Shown piece after piece: positions 1-8,009 of a stretch of DNA of 35,333 nucleotides. How positions within the stretch are numbered: position 1 is the stretch's first letter; each line of letters starts with the position of its first letter. The DNA lies in NCBI GenBank assembly GCA_044220955.1, contig JBGAQA010000074.1, forward strand, positions 1 to 35,333. The letters are read 5' to 3'. Under the pieces are notes generated by a model, which did no database searches, was not told where the DNA came from, and worked only from the letters and a program-made list of their open reading frames with translations. Made by a program: the position numbers and the translations under genes. The DNA comes from Sandaracinaceae bacterium (GTDB taxonomy: Bacteria > Myxococcota_A > Polyangia > Polyangiales > Sandaracinaceae).

Positions 1-16
1 GCTCTCGACCTCGCCC

Positions 17-280
17 TCACCGGCGTCGCCACGCGACGGAGACGCTGAACGCCACCAGCCCGCACGGGTCGACGAGGAGCGGCAGCCATATCCATCCGCG
101 CGTCGTGACGAAACACGCCATGCCGACAGCGAGCACGATCCCGCCGACCAACGAGACGCCGGACCGGGACCGGGCCAGCAGCCAGCAGCTCGCGGCGAGA
201 CATGCCGCGTCCGCGACGACCGCGAGCGTGCCGAACGATTCGATCACGCCGGCCGAACAGGCGGCCCGTCGTCGGCTCAT
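17..280 (-). CDS. Small hypothetical membrane protein (about 3 hydrophobic segments); true start possibly GTG at 247
   Basis: ORF is dominated by hydrophobic stretches (GTLAVVADAACLAASCWLL, GVSLVGGIVLAVGMACFV, WIWLPLLVDPCGLVAFSVSVAW) and ends in RRR; no family recognised. Confidence 0.4.
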   Translation of the reverse strand: MSRRRAACSAGVIESFGTLAVVADAACLAASCWLLARSRSGVSLVGGIVLAVGMACFVTTRGWIWLPLLVDPCGLVAFSVSVAWRRR

Positions 281-353
281 CCGCTCGGAGCGACAAAACG
301 CGCACCTACCCGCAGGACCCGAATGAGTCCGGGTACTTGCGATGGTGTGGAGT

Positions 354-392
354 GACCCCGCTATTCCTCGGGGACCCCGCTATTCCTCGGGG
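354..392. repeat. Perfect 19-bp tandem duplication (GACCCCGCTATTCCTCGGG x2) covering the dctQM stop codon
   Basis: 354-372 and 373-391 are identical; 373-394 also forms a 7-bp inverted repeat GACCCCG-N8-CGGGGTC. Confidence 0.9.
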
Positions 393-3268
393 TCGGGGCA
401 GCGGGCGAGGTAGTCGTCCATCGACTCACCCTCGTCGGGGAGGTCGCCACAGGGTCGCGCGGCGGCCGCAGGCGCGGGCGCGGGCGCGACCACGGTGTCA
501 ACGCCGTCGGGGCAGCGCTCCATGTACGCGCCCATGTCCTCGCCGTCCTCGGGGAGGTCGCCGCACGGGCGCGCCGGAGCACCACCGCCTGCAGGCGGAG
601 CGACCACGGTGTCCGAGCCGTCGGGGCAGCGCGCCATGTACGCGTCCATCTCCTCGCCCTCGGCCGGCACGTCGTCGCACGGCTGCGCGGCCGCGGCCGC
701 GCCGGTGACTGTCTCGGCGCCGTCGGGGCAGCGCGCCATGTACGCGTCCATCTCCTCGCCCTCGGCCGGCACGTCGTCGCACGGCTGCACCGTCCCGGGC
801 GTGACCACGTCGTGGCCACCGCCGCCGCCCGTGCCGTCGTCCATCGGGATTGGCGGAGGCTGCGCGTGCGTCTGCGCCGACTCCGGCAGGAACGCGGTGC
901 TGAGCCAGGGCACGTACGTCGTGATCATCAGCGCCGCGACGAACACGCCGATGAAGGGCACCACCACGCGGTAGAGGTCCGGCACCGGACGGCCGAAGCG
1001 GAACCCCGCGATGAAGAGGTTCAGGCCCATCGGCGGCATGAGGTAGCCGATCTCCAGGTTGATCAGGAACACGATGCCGAGGTGGTACGGGTTGATGTTG
1101 AAGTGCAGCGCGATGCCCATGATCAGCGGCACGATCACGACGATCGCCGAGAAGATGTCCATCAGCATGCCGACGATCAGCAGGAACACGTTCAGCGCGA
1201 GCAGGAACGAGAGCGGCGAGTCGATGATGCCGCCCGCGCTCTGACCGTTGCGCTGGAGCGCGTCGACCGCCTCGCGGCACTCGAAGAGCACATCGTTGTG
1301 CGCGTGCAGGTAGTCGAGCGCGGGCTGCCCGCAGGTGAGCGCCTCGAAGAGGTGATCGGCGGTCTGCGCCTGCACGAAGTAGAACGTGAGGACCGTCGCG
1401 GCACACAGCTTCACGAAGATCGCGCCGACCAGGACCATCGAGTCCGGAACGATCCGCGGGATGTCCTTGCCGAGCGTGAGGTCGCGGTAGATGAAGACCT
1501 CGATCACGAAGACGTAGAAGCACGTGAACGAGGCCGCGCCGAGCGGGCCCGCGAACACGAGCCCGACGACCACGACGATCGGCAGCGCGAGCTCCCACTT
1601 CGCCTCCCAGAGGGCCGCGCCGGCCTCCTTGGCGTCGAAGCTCGAGCGCGGCACCTTGGCCGTCACGCCGACGAACATCGAGTACAAGATCATGAGGCCG
1701 ATGAGCACCACGCCGGGCAGGAAGCCGGCACCGACCATGTTGTTGAGGTCCACGCGCTCGACGCCCGGCGGCATCTCCTGCAGGCCCGCGACGATGCCGT
1801 AGACGATGAGCGGCAGGCAGGGGAAGAACGTGATGCCGAGCGCGCCGCCGCTGGTGACGAGGCCGAGCGAGAACTTCTCCGGGTAGCCGTCCTTGAGCAG
1901 CGCCGGGAGCAGGAGGCCGCCGATCGCGACGATCGTGATGCCGCTCGCGCCGCTGAACATCGTGAAGATGAACGACGCGAGCACGCAGACGACGGCGATG
2001 CCGCCCGGCAGCGCGCCGAGCAGGGCGCGCGCACAGCGCACCAGGCGCTGCGGCGTCTTGCTCTCGCTCATCAGGTAGCCGGCGAGCGTGAAGATCGGGA
2101 TGGTCGGCAGCACGCTCATGCGCGCGAAGTGCGTGCCGAGCACGTCCTCGACGGCGTTCGCCAGCGGCGTCACCGGCACCTCGGCCGAGCCGTGCAGCCA
2201 GAGGAAGAGCGCCATGCCGCCGAGGAACGTGAAGAGCGGCGCGCCCATCAGGGCCATCACCGCGAAGAACGCGATGCCCATCCCGAACGAGACGTTCGAG
2301 ATGTTCATGACGCCCGTGTACGTGAGCAGGAGCGTCGAGCCGGTGCACACGAGCCCGACCAGTACCGGCAGCGCGTCGAGCTGCGCGTAGTGCTCGGGCA
2401 GCGGGGCCGTCGCCGCCGACGACTTCGTCTTCTGGACCCGCAGCCAGAGCGGCACGGCGATGGACGCCGCGGCCGCGAGCACGGCGATCAGGATGGGCAC
2501 GAACGTCGAGGTCCCGAAGGAGAGCCCGATCGGCACGAGCAGCGCGACCAGCGCGATGGCGCACTCGACGGGGCCCGCCTGCGTGAACGGGGAGGTGCGA
2601 TCCGTCTCGTCCGCGGTGCCCGGCGCGCCGTCCGGCTCCTCGTGCGGCTCGCCCTTGGGCGCCGCGGGCGCGGGCGGCGGCGGCTGGACGCGCGAGCCCT
2701 TGTCCGGGAGGGAGGCCGCCGCCATGAACTCGTGGAACCCGTGCAGGAGCAGGCGGATCGCGATGAGCGTGAAGCCCGCGGGGATCATGAACTGGAACTG
2801 GTAGCTCTGGTCGATGCGGCCGCCGGCGATGCCGGACTCGGCCATGTTCACCATCTGGTCCTCGAGCGCGGCGCCCTGCTCGGTGAGCGACGTGTACACG
2901 CCGAAGCCGAGCGCCGCCGCCACCACCGAGCCGAAGGTGCTGGACATCGCCACGACGATCCGTCGGCCGCGATCGGGCAAGAGGCGGCCGAGGGCGTCGA
3001 TCGCGAGGTGCTTTCGGCCACGGGTCGCGAAGCTCGCGCCGAGGAACGCGGCCCAGATGGTGCCGTGCATGAGCACGTCGCTGGCCGCCCGGAGCAGCGG
3101 ATGCTGGACCTGCAGGATGCTGCCGACTCCGTCGGCCACGCCGAAGACGACCATCACCAGCACGATCACCACCGAGAGGGAGCTCTCCGCGAGGAGAATT
3201 CCGCGGTCGACGAGATCGAGCGGCTTGAGGAAGGGAGCGGGTTTCGCGGAGGGGGCTGCGCCTGCCAT
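380..3268 (-). CDS. dctQM: Fused TRAP transporter permease DctQ-DctM (probable TatQM of a TPAT system), 962 aa, with C-terminal repeat tail
   Basis: N-terminal DctQ signature (WAAFLGASFATRGRKHLAIDAL); DctM motifs IPIFTLAGYLM, SGASGITIVAIGGLLLPAL, GALGITFFPCLPLIVYG, GMLMDIFSAIVVIVPL, HLGIVFLINLEIGYLMPPMGLNLF. Confidence 0.93.
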   Translation of the reverse strand: MAGAAPSAKPAPFLKPLDLVDRGILLAESSLSVVIVLVMVVFGVADGVGSILQVQHPLLRAASDVLMHGTIWAAFLGASFATRGRKHLAIDALGRLLPDRGRRIVVAMSSTFGSVVAAALGFGVYTSLTEQGAALEDQMVNMAESGIAGGRIDQSYQFQFMIPAGFTLIAIRLLLHGFHEFMAAASLPDKGSRVQPPPPAPAAPKGEPHEEPDGAPGTADETDRTSPFTQAGPVECAIALVALLVPIGLSFGTSTFVPILIAVLAAAASIAVPLWLRVQKTKSSAATAPLPEHYAQLDALPVLVGLVCTGSTLLLTYTGVMNISNVSFGMGIAFFAVMALMGAPLFTFLGGMALFLWLHGSAEVPVTPLANAVEDVLGTHFARMSVLPTIPIFTLAGYLMSESKTPQRLVRCARALLGALPGGIAVVCVLASFIFTMFSGASGITIVAIGGLLLPALLKDGYPEKFSLGLVTSGGALGITFFPCLPLIVYGIVAGLQEMPPGVERVDLNNMVGAGFLPGVVLIGLMILYSMFVGVTAKVPRSSFDAKEAGAALWEAKWELALPIVVVVGLVFAGPLGAASFTCFYVFVIEVFIYRDLTLGKDIPRIVPDSMVLVGAIFVKLCAATVLTFYFVQAQTADHLFEALTCGQPALDYLHAHNDVLFECREAVDALQRNGQSAGGIIDSPLSFLLALNVFLLIVGMLMDIFSAIVVIVPLIMGIALHFNINPYHLGIVFLINLEIGYLMPPMGLNLFIAGFRFGRPVPDLYRVVVPFIGVFVAALMITTYVPWLSTAFLPESAQTHAQPPPIPMDDGTGGGGGHDVVTPGTVQPCDDVPAEGEEMDAYMARCPDGAETVTGAAAAAQPCDDVPAEGEEMDAYMARCPDGSDTVVAPPAGGGAPARPCGDLPEDGEDMGAYMERCPDGVDTVVAPAPAPAAAARPCGDLPDEGESMDDYLARCPDPEE
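383..790 (-). repeat. Four intragenic repeats of about 23 aa (consensus PC-x-D-[VL]P-x-[ED]GE-x-M-x-x-Y-[ML]-x-RCPD) joined by Ala/Pro/Gly linkers
   Basis: QPCDDVPAEGEEMDAYMARCPDG x2 (70-bp exact DNA repeat at 617-686 and 719-788), RPCGDLPEDGEDMGAYMERCPDG, RPCGDLPDEGESMDDYLARCPDP. Confidence 0.95.
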
Positions 3269-3383
3269 GGGTTCCGGCGTTGTATCGACAAAACGGCCCT
3301 CCCCGCAATCATCGGCAGCGCCCCGGGGGGCCAGGCCCGTCCGTCGTGCCGCATCCCCGCCCCCGTGGTAACTACCGGCGTCG

Positions 3384-3689
3384 ATGCGACGTTGGGTGCT
3401 CGCGCTCCTGTCCGTGCTCGTGATGACGACGCAGCTCTCGCTGCCGCTCGTGCTGGCTCTCGGCGTGGATCCCTGCGCCGACCAGGGTGATCACGCGTGT
3501 CCGCCCCTCGGCGACGACTGCCACGACTGCGCCCGCTGCAGCCCGCAGCCGGCGATCCTCGGCGCCCTGCCTGCCATCCTCCTCGACGTCGTCCCCGTGA
3601 GCAGCGAGCGGCCCCCGCTCGCCGTCGCGGCCCGTCCTCCCGAGGCTCCGCGCGAGCCTCCCGTCCGCGTTCCGCGCCCCCTCGGTTGA
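3384..3689 (+). CDS. Small exported Cys/His-rich protein upstream of the metal efflux operon (DUF2946/CutF-like leader architecture)
   Basis: N-terminal signal/TM segment (MRRWVLALLSVLVM...), central DPCADQGDHACPPLGDDCHDCARC, Pro/Arg-rich end (REPPVRVPRPLG); stop is 52 nt before the MFP start. Confidence 0.7.
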   Translation: MRRWVLALLSVLVMTTQLSLPLVLALGVDPCADQGDHACPPLGDDCHDCARCSPQPAILGALPAILLDVVPVSSERPPLAVAARPPEAPREPPVRVPRPLG

Positions 3690-3736
3690 TCCGCTGAAAC
3701 GGTCGATCGAGGCCCGCGACGCGCGGGAGAGCGAGG
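3680..3736 (+). promoter_or_regulatory. Putative RNA stem-loops between the leader ORF and the MFP gene
   Basis: 13-bp stem 3680-3693/3700-3712 (two G-U pairs, one bulge) spanning the leader stop codon; second hairpin CCCGCG-ACG-CGCGGG at 3713-3727; CCTCG at 3680-3684 is also complementary to the SD-like CGAGG at 3732-3736. Confidence 0.45.
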
Positions 3737-3741
3737 AAGCG

Positions 3742-4899
3742 ATGAAGTCGAGGTGGAGCAGCAGGGTCTGCTCGGTCCTCGCGCTGGGCTGCATGGTCGC
3801 ATGCGGCGGCGCGGGGCCCGAGCCCGCAGCGAGCGATGCGCCCGAGGCGAGCGCGCCGCTGGCCGTCGTCGAGCACGTCGTCACGCTCGACGACAACGTC
3901 CGATCACGGGTCACGTTCTCGACGACGGAGGTCGTGCGCCTGGAGACGGACGCGCCGATCGCGGCCATCGCCGAGCTGGGGGTGGACGAGCATCACTACG
4001 CGATCGTGGACGCACCCGCGCCTGGCCGCGTGGTGGAGCTGCTCGCGCACGTCGGCGATCGCGTCGCCGCGGGCGATCCGCTCGTCGAGCTCGCGAGCGG
4101 GGACGTCGGCGAGCTGCGGGCCCACGTGACCGAGGCGGCGGCGAACGTCGCCACGCTCGAGGCGCGCGTGACGCGGCGCCGCACGCTCAGCGGCGAGCAG
4201 CTGGGGACGACGAGCGACCTCGAGGACGCCGAGCGCGAGCTCGCGCGCGCGCAGGCGGAGCTGGCCCAGGCCCGCGCGGGGCTCGCGGCCGCGAACGCGC
4301 GGGGCGGCTCGCGCACGACCCTGCTGGTGCGCTCACCGATCGCTGGCACCGTGCTCGAGCACCACGCCTTCCCGGGCGAGGCGGCCGCGCAAGACGACGC
4401 GCTCTTCGAGATCGCCGACCTCTCGATACTCTGGCTGCTCGTCCACGTCTCCGAGGGCGACGCCGCGCGCCTGAGCGTGGGCGACGTCGCGCGCGTGACG
4501 TTCTCCACGCTCGGAGCCCCCCCGGTCGAGCTGCCCCTGTCGCTGATCGGGCCGCGGGTGGACGAGGCGACGCTCTCGGTCGAGGTGCGGGCGGACGTCC
4601 CGAACGCCGACGGCCACCTGCGCCCCGGCATGGTGGCGAGCGTGATCCTCGCGCCGCGCGCCGAGGGCGAGACGCTGGTGGTGCCCTCGGGCGCCGTGCA
4701 GCACACGAACGACGGCTGGGTCGTGTTCGTCCCGCGCGGCGAGCGCGAGATGGAGGTGCGCCGCGTCGCACGGGGGCGTGACCTCGGGGGCGAGGTGGAG
4801 ATCGTGTCGGGTCTCTCGGCCGGGGAGCACGTCGTGCTGCAGGGGGCGTTCGTGCTCCGCGCGCTCGCGGACGCGGGCGACTGGGGCGAGGCGGGATGA
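3742..4899 (+). CDS. RND efflux periplasmic adaptor (CzcB/CusB-like membrane fusion protein), probable lipoprotein
   Basis: Lipobox-like LGCMVAC; lipoyl half-motifs (APAPGRVVELLAHVGDRVAAGDPL, VRSPIAGTV), alpha-hairpin, LRPGM, VEIVSGLSAGEHVVLQGAF. Confidence 0.93.
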   Translation: MKSRWSSRVCSVLALGCMVACGGAGPEPAASDAPEASAPLAVVEHVVTLDDNVRSRVTFSTTEVVRLETDAPIAAIAELGVDEHHYAIVDAPAPGRVVELLAHVGDRVAAGDPLVELASGDVGELRAHVTEAAANVATLEARVTRRRTLSGEQLGTTSDLEDAERELARAQAELAQARAGLAAANARGGSRTTLLVRSPIAGTVLEHHAFPGEAAAQDDALFEIADLSILWLLVHVSEGDAARLSVGDVARVTFSTLGAPPVELPLSLIGPRVDEATLSVEVRADVPNADGHLRPGMVASVILAPRAEGETLVVPSGAVQHTNDGWVVFVPRGEREMEVRRVARGRDLGGEVEIVSGLSAGEHVVLQGAFVLRALADAGDWGEAG

Positions 4900-7800
4900 C
4901 CACGGGCCCCGATCGGTCCCCCTTCGCGGCCGTCGTCCGTTGGCTGGCCGAGCATCCCTTCGTCGGGATCGCGCTGGTCGCGCTCGGCCTCGCCGACGGC
5001 GCCGTCGCGTTCGGGGATCTGCCGCGCGACGTGTTCCCGAACCTGACGACGCCGACGTTCAACATCATCGTGCAGTCCCCGGCCATGGGCTCCGAGGAGA
5101 TCGAGCGGCGCGTGGCGATCCCGCTCGAGCGCGCCATGACCGGACTGCCCGGGCTGCGCCGCGTCCGCTCGAACTGCATGGCGGGCGTCGTGCAGACCAC
5201 GATCGAGCTCGACCCGGACTACGACTACTTCCGCGCGCGTCAGCTGGTCGGCGAGCGCGTGGCGCAGGCGCAGACCGTGCTGCCCGAGGGCATCGAGGCG
5301 CCCGTCGTCTCGGGCGTCTCGGGCCGCCTGAACGAGGTGGCCGAGCTCGTGATCGAGCCGTCGAGCGAGGGCTCGGCCTCGCCCATGGCGCTGCGCGACT
5401 TCGTCGACTTCGAGCTGCGCAACCGCTTGCTCGCGGTGCCCGGCGTCGGCGGGCTGGACATCGTGGGCGGCTTGCTGCGCCAGGTGCAGGTCCGCGCCGA
5501 CCCGGTCCGGATGCGGGCGCGCGACGTGACGATCGCCGACGTGGCGCAGGCCGCCGAGGGCGCGAGCGCGTCGGGTTCCGCAGGCGTCGTTCCGGCCGGC
5601 GAGATCGAGTGGGCGGTCGAGGTGGACGGACGCGCGGAGAGCGCCTTCGACCTCGCGCGCACGGTCGTCACCGAGCGGGGCGGGGTGCCCGTCCTGCTCA
5701 GCGACGTCGCGGAGGTGGTGGACGGAGGCGCGTTCCGGCGCGGCATCGCGCGACACCACGGCGCCGAGGTCGTGCACGTGCGCATCGTCCGCCAGGTCGG
5801 CGCCGACGCGGTGCACGTCTCGGCCGCCGTGCGCGAGGCGCTGGCCGAGCTCTCGCCGCCCGCCGGCATCTCGATCTCGGTCACCTACGATCAGGCCGAG
5901 CTCGTCGACGGCGCGCTGGGCGGCGTGGGCCGGGCGGTGGCGATCGGCGCCATCTTCGTCGTCCTCGTCATCATGTTGCTCCTCGGCGACGTGCGCGCCG
6001 CGCTCGTGGTCGCGCTCTCGATCCCGACCTCGGTCGCGCTCGCCGTCGCGATCCTCGGCCGGGTCGGCGGCGGCCTGGACACGATGACGCTGGGAGGGCT
6101 CGCCATCGCAGTCGGCATCCTCGTCGATGCCTCGATCATCGTCGTCGAGAACGCCGCGCATCGGCTCAAGGACGCCGGCAGCGGCGCGGTGAAGCACGAC
6201 GTCGTCACCCGCGCCGCCGCGGAGATGTCGCGTCCGATCGTGTTCGCGACGTTCGTCGTCATCGCGGTCTTCGTCCCGCTCTTCGGCATGGCCGGGATCG
6301 AGGGGCGCATGTACCGCGCGCTCGCGCTCTCGGTGATCGCGGCGATGGGCGCCTCGCTCTTCGTCGCGCTCGGCGTGACGCCCTCGATCGCTGCGCGGGC
6401 GCTCTCGGCCAAGCACGGCGTCGAGGGCAAGGGCATCGTCGTGCGGGTGATCGAGCGGGCGTACGCGCCCGTGCTCGCGTTCGCGCTCCGCCGGCCGCGC
6501 GTCGTGCAGATCGCCGCGCTCTGCATCACGGTGCCCGCGATCATGGCCGGCGCGTCGGTCGGCGCCGACTTCGTCCCGCACCTCGACGAGGGCTACCTCA
6601 TGCTCGAGACGGGCGTCGCGCCCGAGGCTTCGCTCGAGACGGCAGACCGGCTGGTGGAAGCGGTCGCCGAGGCGGCGGCGGGCTACGATCAGGTACGCAA
6701 CGTGACGCGGCGCCTCGGTCGCGGCGAGCGCACCGAGGACCCGATGCCGCACACCAACGCGGACATCCTCGTCGAGCTCGACCCGGACCGGACGATGGAC
6801 GACGAGGCCATCGCCGAGGCGCTGCGCGAGCGGGTGGCGCTCGCCCCGGGCACCCAGGTTCTCTTCACGACGCCGCTGCAGATGCGCATCGACGAGGGCC
6901 TCGGCGGCTCGCCGGCCGACCTGCAGGTACGCGTGTTCGGGACCGACCTCGATCAGCTCGGGGCGCTGGCGAACATGCTGCGCGACCGCATACGGCGCGT
7001 CCCCGGCCTGGCGGACGTGCGCACCGACGTCGCGGGACAGAGCCCGGAGCTGAACGTGCGCCTCGACCGGATCGCGATGGCCCGTGCGGGCGTGACGCCC
7101 GGGATCGTCACCGAGGCGGTGCGTGTGGCGACGGTCGGGCGCGACGTCGGTCTCGTGTTCCGGGGCGGCCGACGGCTCGACGTGATGGTGCGGCTCGGTG
7201 CGCCCGGCTCGATCGATCCGGAGGAGCTTCGTGCGCTGCAGATCGAGACGCCGACCGGCGCGCGACTGCCGCTCTCGAGGCTCGCGACCATCACCAGCAC
7301 CGTCGGCCCCAGCATCGTCCGCCGCGAGGCCGGCCAGCGGCGAGTCGGCATCGAGGCCAGCGTGGTCGGCCGCGACCTCGGCGGCGCGGCGAACGACGTC
7401 CGGCGCCTCGTGTCGCTGGCCGTACGGACCGAGTTCCCGGAGGGAACGTTCGCGTCCGTCGGCGGGCGCATCGAGACGCAGGACGCGGCCAACCGCGCGC
7501 TCGCGCTCGCGATCGTCCTGGCCGTCGCGCTGGTGCTGGTGCTGGTGTACGTCGCGCTCGGCTCGCTCGCCGAGACGCTGCTGATCCTCGGGACCCTGCC
7601 GAGCGCCCTGGTCGGCGGCATCGCCGCGCTGATCCTTGCGCACGAGACGTGGAACGTGTCGTCGCTCGTGGGCCTGCTCGGCCTCTTCGGGATCGCCGTG
7701 CAGAACGGCCTCGTGCTCGTCTCGCAGGCGCGCGGGCTCGAGGCGCACGGCCTGAGCTACGACGAGGCGGTGCGGGAGGCGAGCGTCGGTCGCGTGCGCC

Positions 7801-8009
7801 CGAAGCTGATGACGGCGGCGACGGCGATGCTCGGCCTCCTGCCGCTGGTCGTCTTGCGCCTCCGTGGAGTCGAGCTGGAGCGGCCGCTGGCGATCGTGAT
7901 GATCGGCGGGCTCGTGACGAGCACGCTGTTCACGCTCGTGGTGCTGCCGACGTTCCTGGTGGACCTGGGGCGCTTCCGCGCGGCGAGGAAGAAGGAGGTG
8001 CTGCCGTGA
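4896..8009 (+). CDS. CusA/CzcA-family heavy-metal RND efflux permease, 1037 aa
   Basis: LPRDVFPNL, EEIERRVAIPLE, TM4 MTLGGLAIAVGILVDASIIVVEN, FVPHLDEG, LFGIAVQNG, RVRPKLMTA, ERPLAIVMIGGL; ATGA overlap with the MFP gene. Confidence 0.95.
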   Translation: MTTGPDRSPFAAVVRWLAEHPFVGIALVALGLADGAVAFGDLPRDVFPNLTTPTFNIIVQSPAMGSEEIERRVAIPLERAMTGLPGLRRVRSNCMAGVVQTTIELDPDYDYFRARQLVGERVAQAQTVLPEGIEAPVVSGVSGRLNEVAELVIEPSSEGSASPMALRDFVDFELRNRLLAVPGVGGLDIVGGLLRQVQVRADPVRMRARDVTIADVAQAAEGASASGSAGVVPAGEIEWAVEVDGRAESAFDLARTVVTERGGVPVLLSDVAEVVDGGAFRRGIARHHGAEVVHVRIVRQVGADAVHVSAAVREALAELSPPAGISISVTYDQAELVDGALGGVGRAVAIGAIFVVLVIMLLLGDVRAALVVALSIPTSVALAVAILGRVGGGLDTMTLGGLAIAVGILVDASIIVVENAAHRLKDAGSGAVKHDVVTRAAAEMSRPIVFATFVVIAVFVPLFGMAGIEGRMYRALALSVIAAMGASLFVALGVTPSIAARALSAKHGVEGKGIVVRVIERAYAPVLAFALRRPRVVQIAALCITVPAIMAGASVGADFVPHLDEGYLMLETGVAPEASLETADRLVEAVAEAAAGYDQVRNVTRRLGRGERTEDPMPHTNADILVELDPDRTMDDEAIAEALRERVALAPGTQVLFTTPLQMRIDEGLGGSPADLQVRVFGTDLDQLGALANMLRDRIRRVPGLADVRTDVAGQSPELNVRLDRIAMARAGVTPGIVTEAVRVATVGRDVGLVFRGGRRLDVMVRLGAPGSIDPEELRALQIETPTGARLPLSRLATITSTVGPSIVRREAGQRRVGIEASVVGRDLGGAANDVRRLVSLAVRTEFPEGTFASVGGRIETQDAANRALALAIVLAVALVLVLVYVALGSLAETLLILGTLPSALVGGIAALILAHETWNVSSLVGLLGLFGIAVQNGLVLVSQARGLEAHGLSYDEAVREASVGRVRPKLMTAATAMLGLLPLVVLRLRGVELERPLAIVMIGGLVTSTLFTLVVLPTFLVDLGRFRAARKKEVLP

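Noticed and set aside
383..790. Repeat-spacer-like pattern resembling a CRISPR array
   Set aside because: Repeats are about 70 bp, in frame within a CDS, diverge in a codon-wise manner, and no cas genes are present
361..819. 152-aa ORF ending in PEE like DctQM, suggesting a programmed frameshift or alternative C-terminus
   Set aside because: The shared ending is simply a product of the 19-bp tandem duplication; no slippery site seen
3280..3291. TTGT-ATCG-ACAA mini-dyad upstream of dctQM (GntR-like box)
   Set aside because: Only 4-bp arms and it overlaps a plausible -10 element; too weak without comparative data
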